From positions 96,001 to 160,000 of the forward strand of contig JBBRLQ010000015.1 of NCBI GenBank assembly GCA_038231275.1: a stretch of 64,000 bases of DNA. Reading direction: 5' to 3'. The position numbers were made by a program, and so were the translations under genes. Numbering within the stretch: position 1 is the first letter of the stretch; each line of letters opens with the position of its first letter. The notes beneath the pieces are model-generated. The model saw nothing but the letters and a program-made list of their open reading frames with translations, did not search any database and was not told where the DNA came from. Shown piece by piece: positions 19,127 through 29,152 of the stretch. The DNA is from Polyangiales bacterium (GTDB lineage Bacteria > Myxococcota_A > Polyangia > Polyangiales > Polyangiaceae).

Positions 19127-20320
19127 ATGGCCATGCCGAGCAACGCGCCCGCCAAGCTTTACGACGACGACTTCGTGGACGACTACGATCGTCCCTCCGG
19201 TGTGATGCCCGTCCCGAACTTCGAGGGGCGGAGCACGCCGAGCGCGGCGCGCCCCGGCTCGATGGCGCCTCCGTCGACGGTGCAAGCCGCGGTCGCCGCG
19301 ATTCGCATGTCGAGCCGGCCGCCGGCGATGCCCGTCGTCATGCCGCGCCCGACCAGCATGGTCGACGTCATGGGCGAGTCGGAGCAGATCCTGGACGTGT
19401 ACCGCATGGTGGACCGCGTCGCGCCGAGCATGTGCACGGTGTTGATTACGGGCGAAAGCGGCACGGGCAAAGAGCTGGTCGCTCGCGCCGTGCACCGCGC
19501 GAGCCCCCGCGCGGAGAAACCGTTCGTCGCCGTCAACTGCGGCGCCATCCCCGAGAACCTCCTGGAGAGCGAGCTCTTCGGCCACGCGCGCGGAGCCTTC
19601 ACCGGCGCGCACGCCACCAAGGCCGGCCGCGTCACGATCGCGCAGGGCGGCACGCTCTTCCTCGACGAGATCGGCGAGCTCCCCCTCTCTCTTCAGGTGA
19701 AGCTCCTGCGCGTCCTCCAGTCGCACGAGTACTCGCCGGTCGGCGACACCCGCACCCTGAACGCCGACGTGCGCGTCGTCGCTGCCACGAACATCGACCT
19801 CGAGGCCGCGGTCGAGGCTGGCAAATTCCGCGAGGACCTCTACTACCGCCTCAACGTCATCCACGTCGCCCTCCCGGCGCTGCGCGATCGTCCCGACGAC
19901 ATCCCGGGCCTGGTGAACCACTTCGTCGTCCAGGCCGGCAAGCGCGTCGGCAAGCCGACCCTCGCCATCTCTCCCGCCGCGATGCGCCTCTTCTCGAGCT
20001 GGTCGTGGCCCGGCAACGTGCGCGAGCTCGAGAACATCGTCGAGCGCGCGGTCATCCTCTGTACGGGCAGCACCATCGAGTGCTCGGATCTGCCGCCGCG
20101 CGTCCGCGGCCTCGGCGCCGAGAAGCGCTCCAACAACGATCTCCCCGACGCCGGCCTCGATCTCCGCCGCGCCGTCGAGACGTTCGAGAACGATCTGATC
20201 CGACAGGCGCTCGAGCGCACCAGCTGGAACAAGAACCAGGCGGCGCGCCTCCTCGGCCTGAACCGAACCACGCTGGTCGAGATGATCAAGAGGAAGCGCC
20301 TCGCCAGCGCGACCGGCTGA
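19127..20320 (+). CDS. sigma54-dependent enhancer-binding protein (FleQ/FlrA-like, no receiver domain)
   Basis: [37 protein letters not shown], Fis-type HTH; N-terminus is about 80 aa low complexity. Confidence 0.92.
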   Translation: MAMPSNAPAKLYDDDFVDDYDRPSGVMPVPNFEGRSTPSAARPGSMAPPSTVQAAVAAIRMSSRPPAMPVVMPRPTSMVDVMGESEQILDVYRMVDRVAPSMCTVLITGESGTGKELVARAVHRASPRAEKPFVAVNCGAIPENLLESELFGHARGAFTGAHATKAGRVTIAQGGTLFLDEIGELPLSLQVKLLRVLQSHEYSPVGDTRTLNADVRVVAATNIDLEAAVEAGKFREDLYYRLNVIHVALPALRDRPDDIPGLVNHFVVQAGKRVGKPTLAISPAAMRLFSSWSWPGNVRELENIVERAVILCTGSTIECSDLPPRVRGLGAEKRSNNDLPDAGLDLRRAVETFENDLIRQALERTSWNKNQAARLLGLNRTTLVEMIKRKRLASATG

Positions 20321-20329
20321 AAACGCCGC

Positions 20330-20345
20330 TGGCCCGCCGCTTGCT
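20330..20345 (+). promoter_or_regulatory. sigma54 promoter of flbD-motA
   Basis: TGGCCCGCCGCTTGCT. Confidence 0.8.
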
Positions 20346-20371
20346 CTAGCTGAGCGTTGGAGGAGACAACC

Positions 20372-20686
20372 ATGGTCGTGCTCTCGCGCTTGAACGGCCA
20401 GCTGGTCGCCATCAACCCCGATCTGGTCCTTTGGATCGAGGTCCTCCCCGACACGACCATCTCGATGGTCGGCGGCGACAAGATCCTCGTGCGCGAATCC
20501 CTCGACGAGGTGATCGGTCGCGTGATCGCGTACCGCGGCGCGCTCGGCAAAGTCGAGGCGATCCGGCCCGGCGCGCTCACCGGCGCGCTCGCCTTGGTGA
20601 AGAACTCGCGCGGCTCGACCCGGCCACCGCCCCCTCCGCGTTCGCTCTTCCCTGCGCTCCAGAGCGAGCCGCCGCCGCGCAAGTGA
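20372..20686 (+). CDS. flbD: Small flagellar protein, FlbD/SwrD family
   Basis: MVVLSRLNG...INPDLV..IE..PDTTISM..G.KILVRES; SD GGAGG; upstream of motA. Confidence 0.88.
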   Translation: MVVLSRLNGQLVAINPDLVLWIEVLPDTTISMVGGDKILVRESLDEVIGRVIAYRGALGKVEAIRPGALTGALALVKNSRGSTRPPPPPRSLFPALQSEPPPRK

Positions 20687-20699
20687 GGATGTAAACGCC

Positions 20700-21479
20700 A
20701 TGGATCTCGCATCGGTCATCGGGCTCATCGTCGCACTCGGGTTCATCCTCGCGGGCAACGCCATCGAGGGCGGAAGGGTCGCGCAGATCGCGCAGCCCAC
20801 CGCCGCGATGATCGTCATCGGCGGGACGATCGGCGCCACGATGGTGCAGTTCCCCATGTCCACCTTCATCAACGGGATGAAGGCCATCAAGGGCGTGTTC
20901 CTCACCAAGCCGAGCCGCGACGCCAAGCTCGTCGAAGAGATCGTCGGCTACGCGGCCACCGCGCGGCGCGACGGAATCCTCGCCCTCGAGCCGCTCGCGC
21001 CGAAGGCCAGCGATCCCTTCCTGGTCCGCGCGCTCATGATGGCGATCGACGGCGCCGACAGCACGGCGATCCGCGACGCGCTCGAGCAGTCGATCCACAA
21101 AGAAGAGGAAGAGGGCGAGGACTGCGCGAAGGTCTTCGAGACCGCCGGCGGCTATTCCCCGACGATCGGGATCATCGGCGCCGTGCTCGGCCTCATCCAA
21201 GTCATGCAGAACCTCTCGGACATCGCGAAGGTCGGCGAGGGCATCGCTACCGCGTTCGTCGCCACGATCTACGGCGTCGCGTTCGCCAACCTCGTGTGCC
21301 TGCCCATCGGCGGCAAGCTGAAGCTACGCACCCGCGAGGCCGTCGCGCTTCGCGTCCTGATGCTCGAAGGCGCGCTCGCCATCCAGCAGGGCATGAACCC
21401 GAAGCTCGTGAAGGAGCGCCTCTCCAGCTTCGCGCACGACCACGGCGATCACAAAGAGGCCGTGAAGGAAGCCGCGTAA
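20700..21479 (+). CDS. motA: Stator protein MotA
   Basis: ARRDGILALE, GGYSPTIGIIGAVLGLI, IATAFVATIYG. Confidence 0.96.
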   Translation: MDLASVIGLIVALGFILAGNAIEGGRVAQIAQPTAAMIVIGGTIGATMVQFPMSTFINGMKAIKGVFLTKPSRDAKLVEEIVGYAATARRDGILALEPLAPKASDPFLVRALMMAIDGADSTAIRDALEQSIHKEEEEGEDCAKVFETAGGYSPTIGIIGAVLGLIQVMQNLSDIAKVGEGIATAFVATIYGVAFANLVCLPIGGKLKLRTREAVALRVLMLEGALAIQQGMNPKLVKERLSSFAHDHGDHKEAVKEAA

Positions 21480-21493
21480 GACGCCGCCGACTC

Positions 21494-21509
21494 CGGCGCG
21501 CTCCTTGCT
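21494..21509 (+). promoter_or_regulatory. sigma54 promoter of motB
   Basis: CGGCGCGCTCCTTGCT in the motA-motB gap. Confidence 0.7.
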
Positions 21510-21521
21510 CTAGCTCTCTTC

Positions 21522-22376
21522 GTGGCAAGGAAGAAGAAGCACCCGGAGCACGTGAACCACGAGCGGTGGTTGGTCAGTTACGCCGACTTCATCACGCTGC
21601 TCTTCGCGTTCTTCGTGGTCATGTTCGCGGTCTCGCAGGTCGACTCCAAGAAGCTCGGCCGCTTTTCGGAGTCGTTCGAGCGCGCGCTCGAATCGAACGC
21701 CTTCAACTCGAAAGGCAAGGGCCTCTTGCCCGCCGAAGGGTCGAAGAAGAAGCCGCTCCAGGTCAGGGACCCGAAGGCGCCGTCGCCCTTCAAGACCGGC
21801 GTCTTGCCGGGCGAAAAGGCTCAAATTCGCGCCAACCTCGACAAGCGCGCGAAGCTCGCGCGCGTCCTCAACGGCCTCACGATCCTCGACATCCACGGCG
21901 AGCTCGTCCTCCGTCTGCCCGAGCGCCTCATGTTCGCGGTGGGGGACGCGCAGATCTCCGACGACGGGCGCGAGGCGTTGGGCCTGATCGCCGACGAGGT
22001 CGCCACGCGTCACGTGCGCCTGCGCATCGAGGGACACACCGACAACGCGCCGATCCGCACGGTGCGGTTCCCGTCGAACTGGGAGCTCTCCACGACGCGC
22101 GCCACGAGCGTCGTCGCGTTCCTCATCGACACGAAGAAGATCGACCCGGCGCGCCTCGCGGCGGCGGGCTACGGCGAGTATCACCCGGTCTCCGAGAACG
22201 ACTCCGTCGAGGGGCGCGCGATGAACCGGCGCGTCGACATCGTCGTCGTGGCCGAGGACGACCCGCCCGCCGACGCGCCCGCGACGCCCGAGCCGGAGCC
22301 CGAGCCGGTGCCCGCACCGTCCAGGAACGTGAGCCCGGCGGCCGACGTCCCTAAGCACAAGGAGCCAGCAGAATGA
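21522..22376 (+). CDS. motB: Stator protein MotB
   Basis: ERWLVSYADFITLLFAFF with conserved Asp; OmpA-like domain IEGHTD, SNWELS, NRRV. Confidence 0.96.
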   Translation: MARKKKHPEHVNHERWLVSYADFITLLFAFFVVMFAVSQVDSKKLGRFSESFERALESNAFNSKGKGLLPAEGSKKKPLQVRDPKAPSPFKTGVLPGEKAQIRANLDKRAKLARVLNGLTILDIHGELVLRLPERLMFAVGDAQISDDGREALGLIADEVATRHVRLRIEGHTDNAPIRTVRFPSNWELSTTRATSVVAFLIDTKKIDPARLAAAGYGEYHPVSENDSVEGRAMNRRVDIVVVAEDDPPADAPATPEPEPEPVPAPSRNVSPAADVPKHKEPAE

Positions 22377-22885
22377 CGGCGAGGAGCGTCATAGGCGCGG
22401 CGGCGGCCCTCCTGCTGCTCGCGCTGTCCACCGAGGCGGCGGCGCAGGAGCTGGTGCTCGGCGCCAACGTTGGCGGCGGCACCGGCCTCGAGGGCGGCGA
22501 CCCCGGCAGCGGACAGATGCGCTTTCGTCGGGCGAGGTCGCGCATCGTCGGACAGCTCGAGATGCGCGTCGACGACGACAAGAAGAACGGGATCGGCGTC
22601 GCCGTCTTCGCGGAGGTCGAGCCGGCGGCCGGCATCGGCGGGAGCGTTCGCTACCTGCGCTTCCTCGGCCCGCACGTCTACCTCTTCGGCGGACTCACCG
22701 GCGTCGGCGCTCCGCACACGCTCTTCGGCGGCGAGCTCGGCGCGCAGGTCCAGATTCCGATGGGCGAGACGATGGGGCTCTTCGTCGAGCCGTCCTTCGC
22801 CGCGCTCCCGCTCGGCACCGATCTTCCTCAGGATCACGTGCTCGTCTGGGGACTTCTCACGATGGGGATTCATGCAAACCTCTAG
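22373..22885 (+). CDS. Exported hypothetical protein, possible small beta-barrel
   Basis: Signal peptide, alternating hydrophobic/Gly strands; ATGA overlap with motB. Confidence 0.6.
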   Translation: MTARSVIGAAAALLLLALSTEAAAQELVLGANVGGGTGLEGGDPGSGQMRFRRARSRIVGQLEMRVDDDKKNGIGVAVFAEVEPAAGIGGSVRYLRFLGPHVYLFGGLTGVGAPHTLFGGELGAQVQIPMGETMGLFVEPSFAALPLGTDLPQDHVLVWGLLTMGIHANL

Positions 22886-23240
22886 GTTTTTCAGGCTCTC
22901 CGTCTCTCTCTTGGCCGCCGTGCTCTGCGCCGTGACCGCCAGCGGCTGCATCGACGGCTCTACGTGCCTCCGCAACTCGGACTGCCCCGCCGCCGACGTC
23001 TGCTCGATCGGCGCGTGCATCGTCGCTCCGTCCGACGGCGAGGGGGGTCTCGACGAAGGCGGCGTCGGTGAAGCCGGCGCAATCGCCGAGACCGGCACAC
23101 AGTCCGACAGCAGCTCCGGTGTCGACGCCACGCTCTCCGACGCCGGCCACGGCGACTCGGACGCCGCGGCCACCGACGCGGCCGACGACGGCGCGAACGA
23201 CGCAGCCGACGACGGCGCCGCAGACGCCGCGAGCGAGTGA
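22872..23240 (+). CDS. Cys-rich lipoprotein with acidic Asp/Ala tail
   Basis: Lipobox TASGC, C-x4-DC-x5-C-x4-C motif, DAA/DDG repeats. Confidence 0.65.
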   Translation: MQTSRFFRLSVSLLAAVLCAVTASGCIDGSTCLRNSDCPAADVCSIGACIVAPSDGEGGLDEGGVGEAGAIAETGTQSDSSSGVDATLSDAGHGDSDAAATDAADDGANDAADDGAADAASE

Positions 23241-23243
23241 TCG

Positions 23244-23259
23244 CGGCACGCGGCGTGCA
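23244..23259 (+). promoter_or_regulatory. sigma54 promoter of the flgG operon
   Basis: CGGCACGCGGCGTGCA. Confidence 0.8.
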
Positions 23260-23287
23260 ACTCGTGAAGCGAAGCTAGGAGAGTCCG

Positions 23288-24073
23288 ATGTTCCGCTCCC
23301 TCGATATCGCCGCTACGGGCATGGCCGCACAGGAATCGCAGCTCGACGCGATCTCCAACAACCTGGCGAACGCCAACACCGTCGGCTACAAAAAAATCCG
23401 CGCCGACTTTCAGGACCACATTTACCAGACGGTCCAGGCGTCCGGCGCGCAGACCAGCGGCACCACGCAGTCACCCACCGGCCTCCAAGTCGGCAGCGGC
23501 GTGCGCATGGTCGCGACGACGCGCCAGTTCAGCCAGGGGGCACTGACCACCACTGGCAACCCCCTCGACATCGCGATCGAAGGGAACGGATTTTTCGTCG
23601 TGCAGCAGCCCGACGGCACGCCCGCCTACACGCGCGCCGGAACGTTGAAGACGGACTCGCAAGGCCGTCTCGTGACCGCCGAAGGAATGCCCATCGAGCC
23701 CTCGATCGTGATCCCGCCCGACGCGGTCGGCGTGACGATCGGCTCGGAGGGTCAGGTCTCGGTCTCGATCAAGGGGCGCACGGCGCCCACGCTGGTCGGA
23801 CAAATCACGGTCGCCAACTTCGTGAACCCTGCGGGCCTCTCCGCCCTCGGGCACAGCTTGCTCCAGGCCTCCGCCGCGAGCGGCGATCCCCAGGTCGGCA
23901 ACCCCGGCACCGACGGCCGCGGCACGCTGCTGCAGAACACGGTGGAGCAGTCGAACGTCGAGGTCGTCCAGGAGATGATCGGCCTCATCAGCGCGCAGCG
24001 CACCTACGACGTCAACTCCAAGGTCGTGCAGGCCGCGGACGAGATGCTCCGCAGCGCCACGCAGATGCGGTGA
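23288..24073 (+). CDS. flgG: Distal rod protein FlgG
   Basis: SNNLANANTVGYKK, FQDHIYQ, EQSNVEVVQEM. Confidence 0.97.
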   Translation: MFRSLDIAATGMAAQESQLDAISNNLANANTVGYKKIRADFQDHIYQTVQASGAQTSGTTQSPTGLQVGSGVRMVATTRQFSQGALTTTGNPLDIAIEGNGFFVVQQPDGTPAYTRAGTLKTDSQGRLVTAEGMPIEPSIVIPPDAVGVTIGSEGQVSVSIKGRTAPTLVGQITVANFVNPAGLSALGHSLLQASAASGDPQVGNPGTDGRGTLLQNTVEQSNVEVVQEMIGLISAQRTYDVNSKVVQAADEMLRSATQMR

Positions 24074-24078
24074 CCCAA

Positions 24079-24825
24079 ATGAAGAAGATCCGCCTTTTTT
24101 CGCATGCGACCGCGCTCGCCGTGGTGCTCGCGGCGTCGTTCGTCGCGGCCGACGAGAGTCGAACCGTGTCACGCGCGCGCTTGAAGGTGAGCGATCTGGT
24201 CCGCGCGTCCGACGAGATCGGGAGCGTGGACCTCGGGCCGGCGCCGCCCCCAGGCGCGAGCCGACTCGTCGCGCGCGCGGAGATCGAGGATCACATCCGC
24301 GCCTCCGGGATGGACCCCAAGGGAATGAAGCTCCCCGCCAGCATTCGCGTCGTGTCGGCGTCGATGCGCTTCACCCCCGAAGCGCTCGCGAAGGCCGCGA
24401 CGCCCGCGATCGTGAAGGCACTGCCCCCCGGCGTGACGCTCTCGCGCGTCGAGCCCTCGCGCGATCTGGTGACCCACCCGGGCACCACCGTACGCCTCGC
24501 GACCGTCCCCAAGCTCCCGCGCCAGAAGGGCCCGAGCCAATCGTCGGCGATGCTCGAGCTCGTGACCGAGGACGGCGTCGTCACCAAGCTCCCCGTCGCC
24601 ATCTCCGTGGACATCAGCGACGCCGCGGCCCACGCCGACGTGCCGCGCGGCGGCCGGCTCGAGGTCTATTACGAGCGCGGCGCGATCAAGATCGCCACCA
24701 CCGGCGTCGCGCTCTCGGATGTCGACGTCGGCGAGACCACGCAGATGAGCCTCGTCGCGACCGGCCGGGTCGTACGCGCGAAGATCCTCTCGCGAGATCG
24801 CGCGGAGATCCTGGAAACGAATTAA
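24079..24825 (+). CDS. flgA: P-ring chaperone FlgA (divergent)
   Basis: Signal peptide; C-terminal VPRGG...GAIKIATTGVAL.D..VGE...TGRVVRA; between flgG and flgH. Confidence 0.75.
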   Translation: MKKIRLFSHATALAVVLAASFVAADESRTVSRARLKVSDLVRASDEIGSVDLGPAPPPGASRLVARAEIEDHIRASGMDPKGMKLPASIRVVSASMRFTPEALAKAATPAIVKALPPGVTLSRVEPSRDLVTHPGTTVRLATVPKLPRQKGPSQSSAMLELVTEDGVVTKLPVAISVDISDAAAHADVPRGGRLEVYYERGAIKIATTGVALSDVDVGETTQMSLVATGRVVRAKILSRDRAEILETN

Positions 24826-25530
24826 ATGAAGCGCCCGTTCGCCATCTCCCTCGCCTTGCTCCTGCCGCTCGCGTCCGTCGCCTGCGGGCCGGCGCACATC
24901 AAGCCGTTCACAGCGAAGAACCGCACGTACACGCCTGGGAAATACGCCATCGCGCAGGCCGACGCGAAGCCGCAGACCGGCTCGCTGTTCAGCGAGGCCG
25001 GCACCGGGATGCTGCAGGACACGCGCGCCATCCGGGCCGGCGACATCGTCATGATCAACATCGACGAGACCACCAACGCGCAAGGCGCCGCCAACACGAC
25101 CACGAGCAAGACCGACAAGCGCGAGCAGGACATCACCGCGATGCTCGGCCTCGTGCCCGCGATCAAGAAGGCGCACCCCGACATCGATCCGGCGCAGCTC
25201 ATCTCGCTCGCCGCGCAGGCCGACTTCGCGGGCGACGGCAAGACGAGCCGCAAGGGGCAGCTCCAGGGATTGCTCGCCGTCCGCGTGCGCGAGCAGATGC
25301 CGAACGGCGACCTCTACATCGAGGGCACCAAGGTCGTCATGCTCAACACCGAGGAGTACCACCTGTACATCTCCGGCATCATCCGCTCCGCCGACATCGC
25401 GCGCGACAACACGGTCGCCTCGAGCCGCATCGCGGACGCGCAGGTGGAGTTCACCGGCCGCGGCGATCTCGCCGACACCACCGAGAAGGGCTGGCTCGGC
25501 AAAATCCTCGACAAGGTGAGCCCTTTTTGA
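24826..25530 (+). CDS. flgH: L-ring lipoprotein FlgH
   Basis: Lipobox SVAC, GSLF, PNGDLYIEG, SSRIADA. Confidence 0.95.
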   Translation: MKRPFAISLALLLPLASVACGPAHIKPFTAKNRTYTPGKYAIAQADAKPQTGSLFSEAGTGMLQDTRAIRAGDIVMINIDETTNAQGAANTTTSKTDKREQDITAMLGLVPAIKKAHPDIDPAQLISLAAQADFAGDGKTSRKGQLQGLLAVRVREQMPNGDLYIEGTKVVMLNTEEYHLYISGIIRSADIARDNTVASSRIADAQVEFTGRGDLADTTEKGWLGKILDKVSPF

Positions 25531-26663
25531 TGAAACGCATGCATTTTACACGCATTCCGCGCCTCGCCGCTCTCCTGCTGACGCTCCTCGCGATCCTCGG
25601 GGTCGTGAGGCCGGCGAAGGCCGACCGCATCGGCGATCTGTGCGAGGTCGTCGGAGCGCGCGAGAACCAGCTGCTCGGGTACGGCATCGTCACCGGCCTC
25701 AACGGCACCGGCGACGACGCCTCGGCGCCCTTCGCGACGCAGTCGCTGCTCGCGCTCATGCGCCGCCTCGGCGTGCAGATCGATCCGGTGCAGCTGCGCC
25801 TGAAGAACGTCGCCGCTGTCCTCGTCACCGCGACGGTCCCGCCGTTCTCGCGGCAAGGCACGCACCTCGACGTGACGGTCTCGTCGGTCGGCAACGCGCG
25901 GTCGCTGCAAGGCGGCGTGCTGGTGCAGACGCTGATGATGGGCGCCGATCTCCACGTGTACGCCGTCGCGCAGGGTCCGCTCGTCCTCGGCGGCTTCGAA
26001 GCGAAGGGCGGCGGGAGCAGCATCAAGTCGAACTCCACCAGCACCGCGCGTGTGCCGAACGGTGCGCTCATCGAAAAGGAGATCACGACGACGTTCGCGA
26101 AGGACGACGTCATCCTCCTGGCGCTGCGGAGAGCCAATTTCGCGACGGCCGCGCGCATCGTCGAGGCGGTCGACAAGGAGCTCGGCCCCGGCAGCGCGAG
26201 CGCGACCGACTCGGGGGCGGTGAAGGTGAAGCTGCCCGCCAGCCTGAAAGGTCAGCCGGTGCAGGCGCTCGCGAAGCTCGAGCAGATCGACGTCATCCCG
26301 GTCAACGCCGCGCGCGTCGTCATCAACGAGCGCACCGGCACGATCGTGGCGGGGGGCGATGTGCGCCTCATGCCGGTCGCCATCGCGCAGGGCGGAATCA
26401 CCATCGTGATCAAGGAGACGCCCCAGGTCTCGCAGCCCGCTCCGTTCAGCAAGGGCACGACCGTCGTGACTCCACTGACCGATATTCAGCACTTCGAAGG
26501 CAACGACAAGGCGCCGACCCTCACGTACCTCGACGCCGCCGCGTCGCTCGCCGACGTCGCCCACGCGCTCTCCACGCTCGGCGTCACGCCGCGCGAGCTC
26601 GCGAGCATTCTCCAGGCGTTGAAGAGCGCAGGGGCCCTCAGCGCCGAGCTGGTGATGCAATGA
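25530..26663 (+). CDS. flgI: P-ring protein FlgI
   Basis: NQLLGYGIVTGLNGTGD, KNVAAVLVTA, VVINERTGTIV. Confidence 0.97.
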   Translation: MKRMHFTRIPRLAALLLTLLAILGVVRPAKADRIGDLCEVVGARENQLLGYGIVTGLNGTGDDASAPFATQSLLALMRRLGVQIDPVQLRLKNVAAVLVTATVPPFSRQGTHLDVTVSSVGNARSLQGGVLVQTLMMGADLHVYAVAQGPLVLGGFEAKGGGSSIKSNSTSTARVPNGALIEKEITTTFAKDDVILLALRRANFATAARIVEAVDKELGPGSASATDSGAVKVKLPASLKGQPVQALAKLEQIDVIPVNAARVVINERTGTIVAGGDVRLMPVAIAQGGITIVIKETPQVSQPAPFSKGTTVVTPLTDIQHFEGNDKAPTLTYLDAAASLADVAHALSTLGVTPRELASILQALKSAGALSAELVMQ

Positions 26664-27004
26664 GCCGCGTCGGTCGCGCCGCCGTCCCCGCGCCTGTGGT
26701 CGCACCTGCCGATGCCCCGGCGCCTGCGCCGTCGCCCGAGGCGGACAAGAAGCTCCACCAAGCCAAGGACGCCGCGCAGAAGTTCGAGGCGATTTTCTTG
26801 CGCCAGATGCTCTCGGGCCTCGAGAAGACCAACAAGATCGGCCAGGGCGGCGGCTCGAAGTCCAGCGGAAGCGCGGGCGGAATCTACGGTTCGATGATGG
26901 TCAACTCGCTCGCCGACTCGATCTCGCAGTCGGGCGGCGTGGGGCTGGCGGACGTCATCTTGCGAGCCCTTCAGGGGACGCCGACGGGAGCGCCAAAGAA
27001 ATGA
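26660..27004 (+). CDS. flgJ: Rod-cap protein FlgJ, rod-binding domain only
   Basis: AAQKFEAIFLRQML...IYGSMM..LAD.ISQSGGVGLADVI; 114 aa from ATG overlapping flgI stop. Confidence 0.85.
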   Translation: MSRVGRAAVPAPVVAPADAPAPAPSPEADKKLHQAKDAAQKFEAIFLRQMLSGLEKTNKIGQGGGSKSSGSAGGIYGSMMVNSLADSISQSGGVGLADVILRALQGTPTGAPKK

Positions 27005-27016
27005 CGCCCGTCAGGC

Positions 27017-27043
27017 TAAAGTCGGTGGGTGGGATGCCGTTCG
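27017..27043 (+). promoter_or_regulatory. sigma28 promoter of flgM
   Basis: TAAA-N15-GCCGTTCG. Confidence 0.75.
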
Positions 27044-27110
27044 CTTCTCGCAAGAGGGGCCCGGCGATAGGGGCCCGGCTTTTGCGTAAGGGACATGGAG
27101 GAGACGAGCG

Positions 27111-27395
27111 ATGAAGATCGACAATAGGGTGCTGAACGCTTACCAGCGAACGGGCGTGACCGGCGTGACCGGGAAGGCCGCCCCGCAAGCGCCTGCCCCC
27201 GCCGCGAAGCACGACTCGCCCAGCGCAGGGGAGGCCACGAAGGTCACCATCAGCGCCGAGGCCCGCGCGCTCGCGAAGACGTCGCCGGATTTCGATCCCG
27301 CGAAGGTCGACGCGCTGAAGTCCAAGGTCGACAAGGGTGAGTACAAAGTGGACAGCCACAAGGTGGCCCAACGTTTGCTGGATAAGCTGGCGTAA
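27111..27395 (+). CDS. flgM: Anti-sigma28 factor FlgM
   Basis: KVTISAEA...KVDALKSKVDKGEYKVDSHKVAQRL. Confidence 0.92.
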   Translation: MKIDNRVLNAYQRTGVTGVTGKAAPQAPAPAAKHDSPSAGEATKVTISAEARALAKTSPDFDPAKVDALKSKVDKGEYKVDSHKVAQRLLDKLA

Positions 27396-27416
27396 CCCTC
27401 CACCGGAGGCACGCCG

Positions 27417-27773
27417 ATGCATGACATCCTCAAAGACCTGGAGCACCTTCTCGTAGAAGAGCGCTCTGCCATTCGCAAGCTCGACACCACCACGATCGAG
27501 CTCGCGGCCACCAAGAAGACCGAGCTCGAAACCAAGCTGAGCGCCGCGATCGCCGCCGGTGAAAAAGCGACGAAGGGGGATCACGAGATCCTCGAGCGCG
27601 TGCGCGCTGCGGCGCGGGCGAATCAGCTCCTCCTCGTGCACGCGAGGGCCTGCGTTCGCGGCGTCGTCGCGCTCGTGAGCGGGAAGATGCCGGACGCGTA
27701 CCCGTCCGTCGCAAACGCCGCGACTCCGGCTGCAGTTGCTGCGCCGGCCGTCCGCGTCAACATGACGGGTTGA
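27417..27773 (+). CDS. flgN: Export chaperone FlgN
   Basis: Helical; LLVEERSAI...NQLLL; between flgM and flgK. Confidence 0.75.
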   Translation: MHDILKDLEHLLVEERSAIRKLDTTTIELAATKKTELETKLSAAIAAGEKATKGDHEILERVRAAARANQLLLVHARACVRGVVALVSGKMPDAYPSVANAATPAAVAAPAVRVNMTG

Positions 27774-29152
27774 CCGTGGGCTTGAACGGCCTGCTCGGTC
27801 TCGCCCGTGACGCGCTGGCGGCGAACTCATTCGCCCTCGACGTCACCGGCCAGAACGTCGCGAACGTGAACACGCCCGGCTACGTCCGCCGGAGCGCCAT
27901 TCTCCAGACACGGATCGCCGGAAATGTGACGTACGGCGGCGTCGACGCGCTCGGCGTCCAGCGCTCCGTCGATCAGTTCGTCGATGCGCGCGTGTACGAC
28001 GCCACCGGCAACGCCGCGAGCGCGCAGACGCGCGACGGGCAGCTCGCCGGCGTCGAGGGCCTGTTCAACGACACCAACGGGACCGGGCTCGGAAGCTCCA
28101 TTTCGGCGCTTTTTGGCTCATTTTCTGCCCTTTCGGCGAGCCCCACCGACGACGCCGCGCGGGCCAACGTGCTCTCGCGCGCCGAAGATTTCGCGTCGCG
28201 CCTCCGCGACACAAGCGCGACGATCCAGACGCAGCGGCAGGACGAGCTCACGCAAGCCGGCGACGTCACCAAGAGCGCGAACGATCTCGCGAGCCAGATC
28301 GCGAAGCTCAACGAGCAGATCAAGGCCGCCGAGAACGTCGGCGGCGACGCGTCCGATCTCCACGACAAGCAGGGATCACTCGTCGGCCAGCTGAGCCAGC
28401 TCGTCGACGTGCACACGTTCACCGACGCGCACGGGCAGCTCGTGGTCCGCGCCGCGGGAGCCACGCTCGTCGAGGGCAACGCCGCGGGCAGCCTCAGCGT
28501 CACCACCGACGCCGCCGGCGCCATGCGCCTCATGATGAACCGTCCGCAAGGCAGCGCGATCGACGTGACCGCGCACTTGACCGGCGGCCAGCTCGCCGGG
28601 CTCAAAGAGGTCCGCGACAACGACGCCACCGCGGTGCTCGCGCGCCTCGACCAACTCGCGAAGGACGTCGGCAACGCCGTCAACGCGCAGCATATGTCCG
28701 GCTTCGGCACCGACGGCTCCACCGGCAACGCAGTATTCAGCGGCACCGGCAGCGCGGCCACGATCGCGCTCGACGCCGGCATGGTCGGTCACCCCGAGAA
28801 GGTCGCCGCCTCGAGCAGCGCGGCCGACGTGCCCGGCGGATCAGGAAACGCGGTGGCGCTCGCCGCGCTCTCGACCAAGCCGATCGTCGGCGGATCCATC
28901 ACGGCGGCCGATGCATACGGCGGCCTCGTGGGTGACATCGGGCAGCGAAAGGCGCAGGCCGCGCAGGACAGCGATCTCCGCGGCTCGATGAAAGCCCAGG
29001 TCGAGGCGATGCGCTCGAGCCAAGAGGGCGTCTCCGTCGACGAAGAGATGATCAACCTCACCAAGTACCAGCGCGCCTACGAGGCGGCCTCGAAGCTCGT
29101 CAGCACCGCCGACCAGCTTCTTCAACAACTGATGAATGAGGTCGGTCGATGA
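27770..29152 (+). CDS. flgK: Hook-associated protein FlgK
   Basis: GQNVANVNTPGYVRR, GVSVDEEMINLTKYQRAYEA. Confidence 0.96.
   Translation: MTVGLNGLLGLARDALAANSFALDVTGQNVANVNTPGYVRRSAILQTRIAGNVTYGGVDALGVQRSVDQFVDARVYDATGNAASAQTRDGQLAGVEGLFNDTNGTGLGSSISALFGSFSALSASPTDDAARANVLSRAEDFASRLRDTSATIQTQRQDELTQAGDVTKSANDLASQIAKLNEQIKAAENVGGDASDLHDKQGSLVGQLSQLVDVHTFTDAHGQLVVRAAGATLVEGNAAGSLSVTTDAAGAMRLMMNRPQGSAIDVTAHLTGGQLAGLKEVRDNDATAVLARLDQLAKDVGNAVNAQHMSGFGTDGSTGNAVFSGTGSAATIALDAGMVGHPEKVAASSSAADVPGGSGNAVALAALSTKPIVGGSITAADAYGGLVGDIGQRKAQAAQDSDLRGSMKAQVEAMRSSQEGVSVDEEMINLTKYQRAYEAASKLVSTADQLLQQLMNEVGR

Noticed and set aside
1235..20926. Many long ORFs antisense or out of frame to flagellar genes (e.g. 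1235-3634, 3692-6328, 9617-11995, 18944-20926)
   Set aside because: Shadow ORFs expected at about 70% GC; Arg/Ala/Gly-rich with no motifs and fully overlapping well-supported genes
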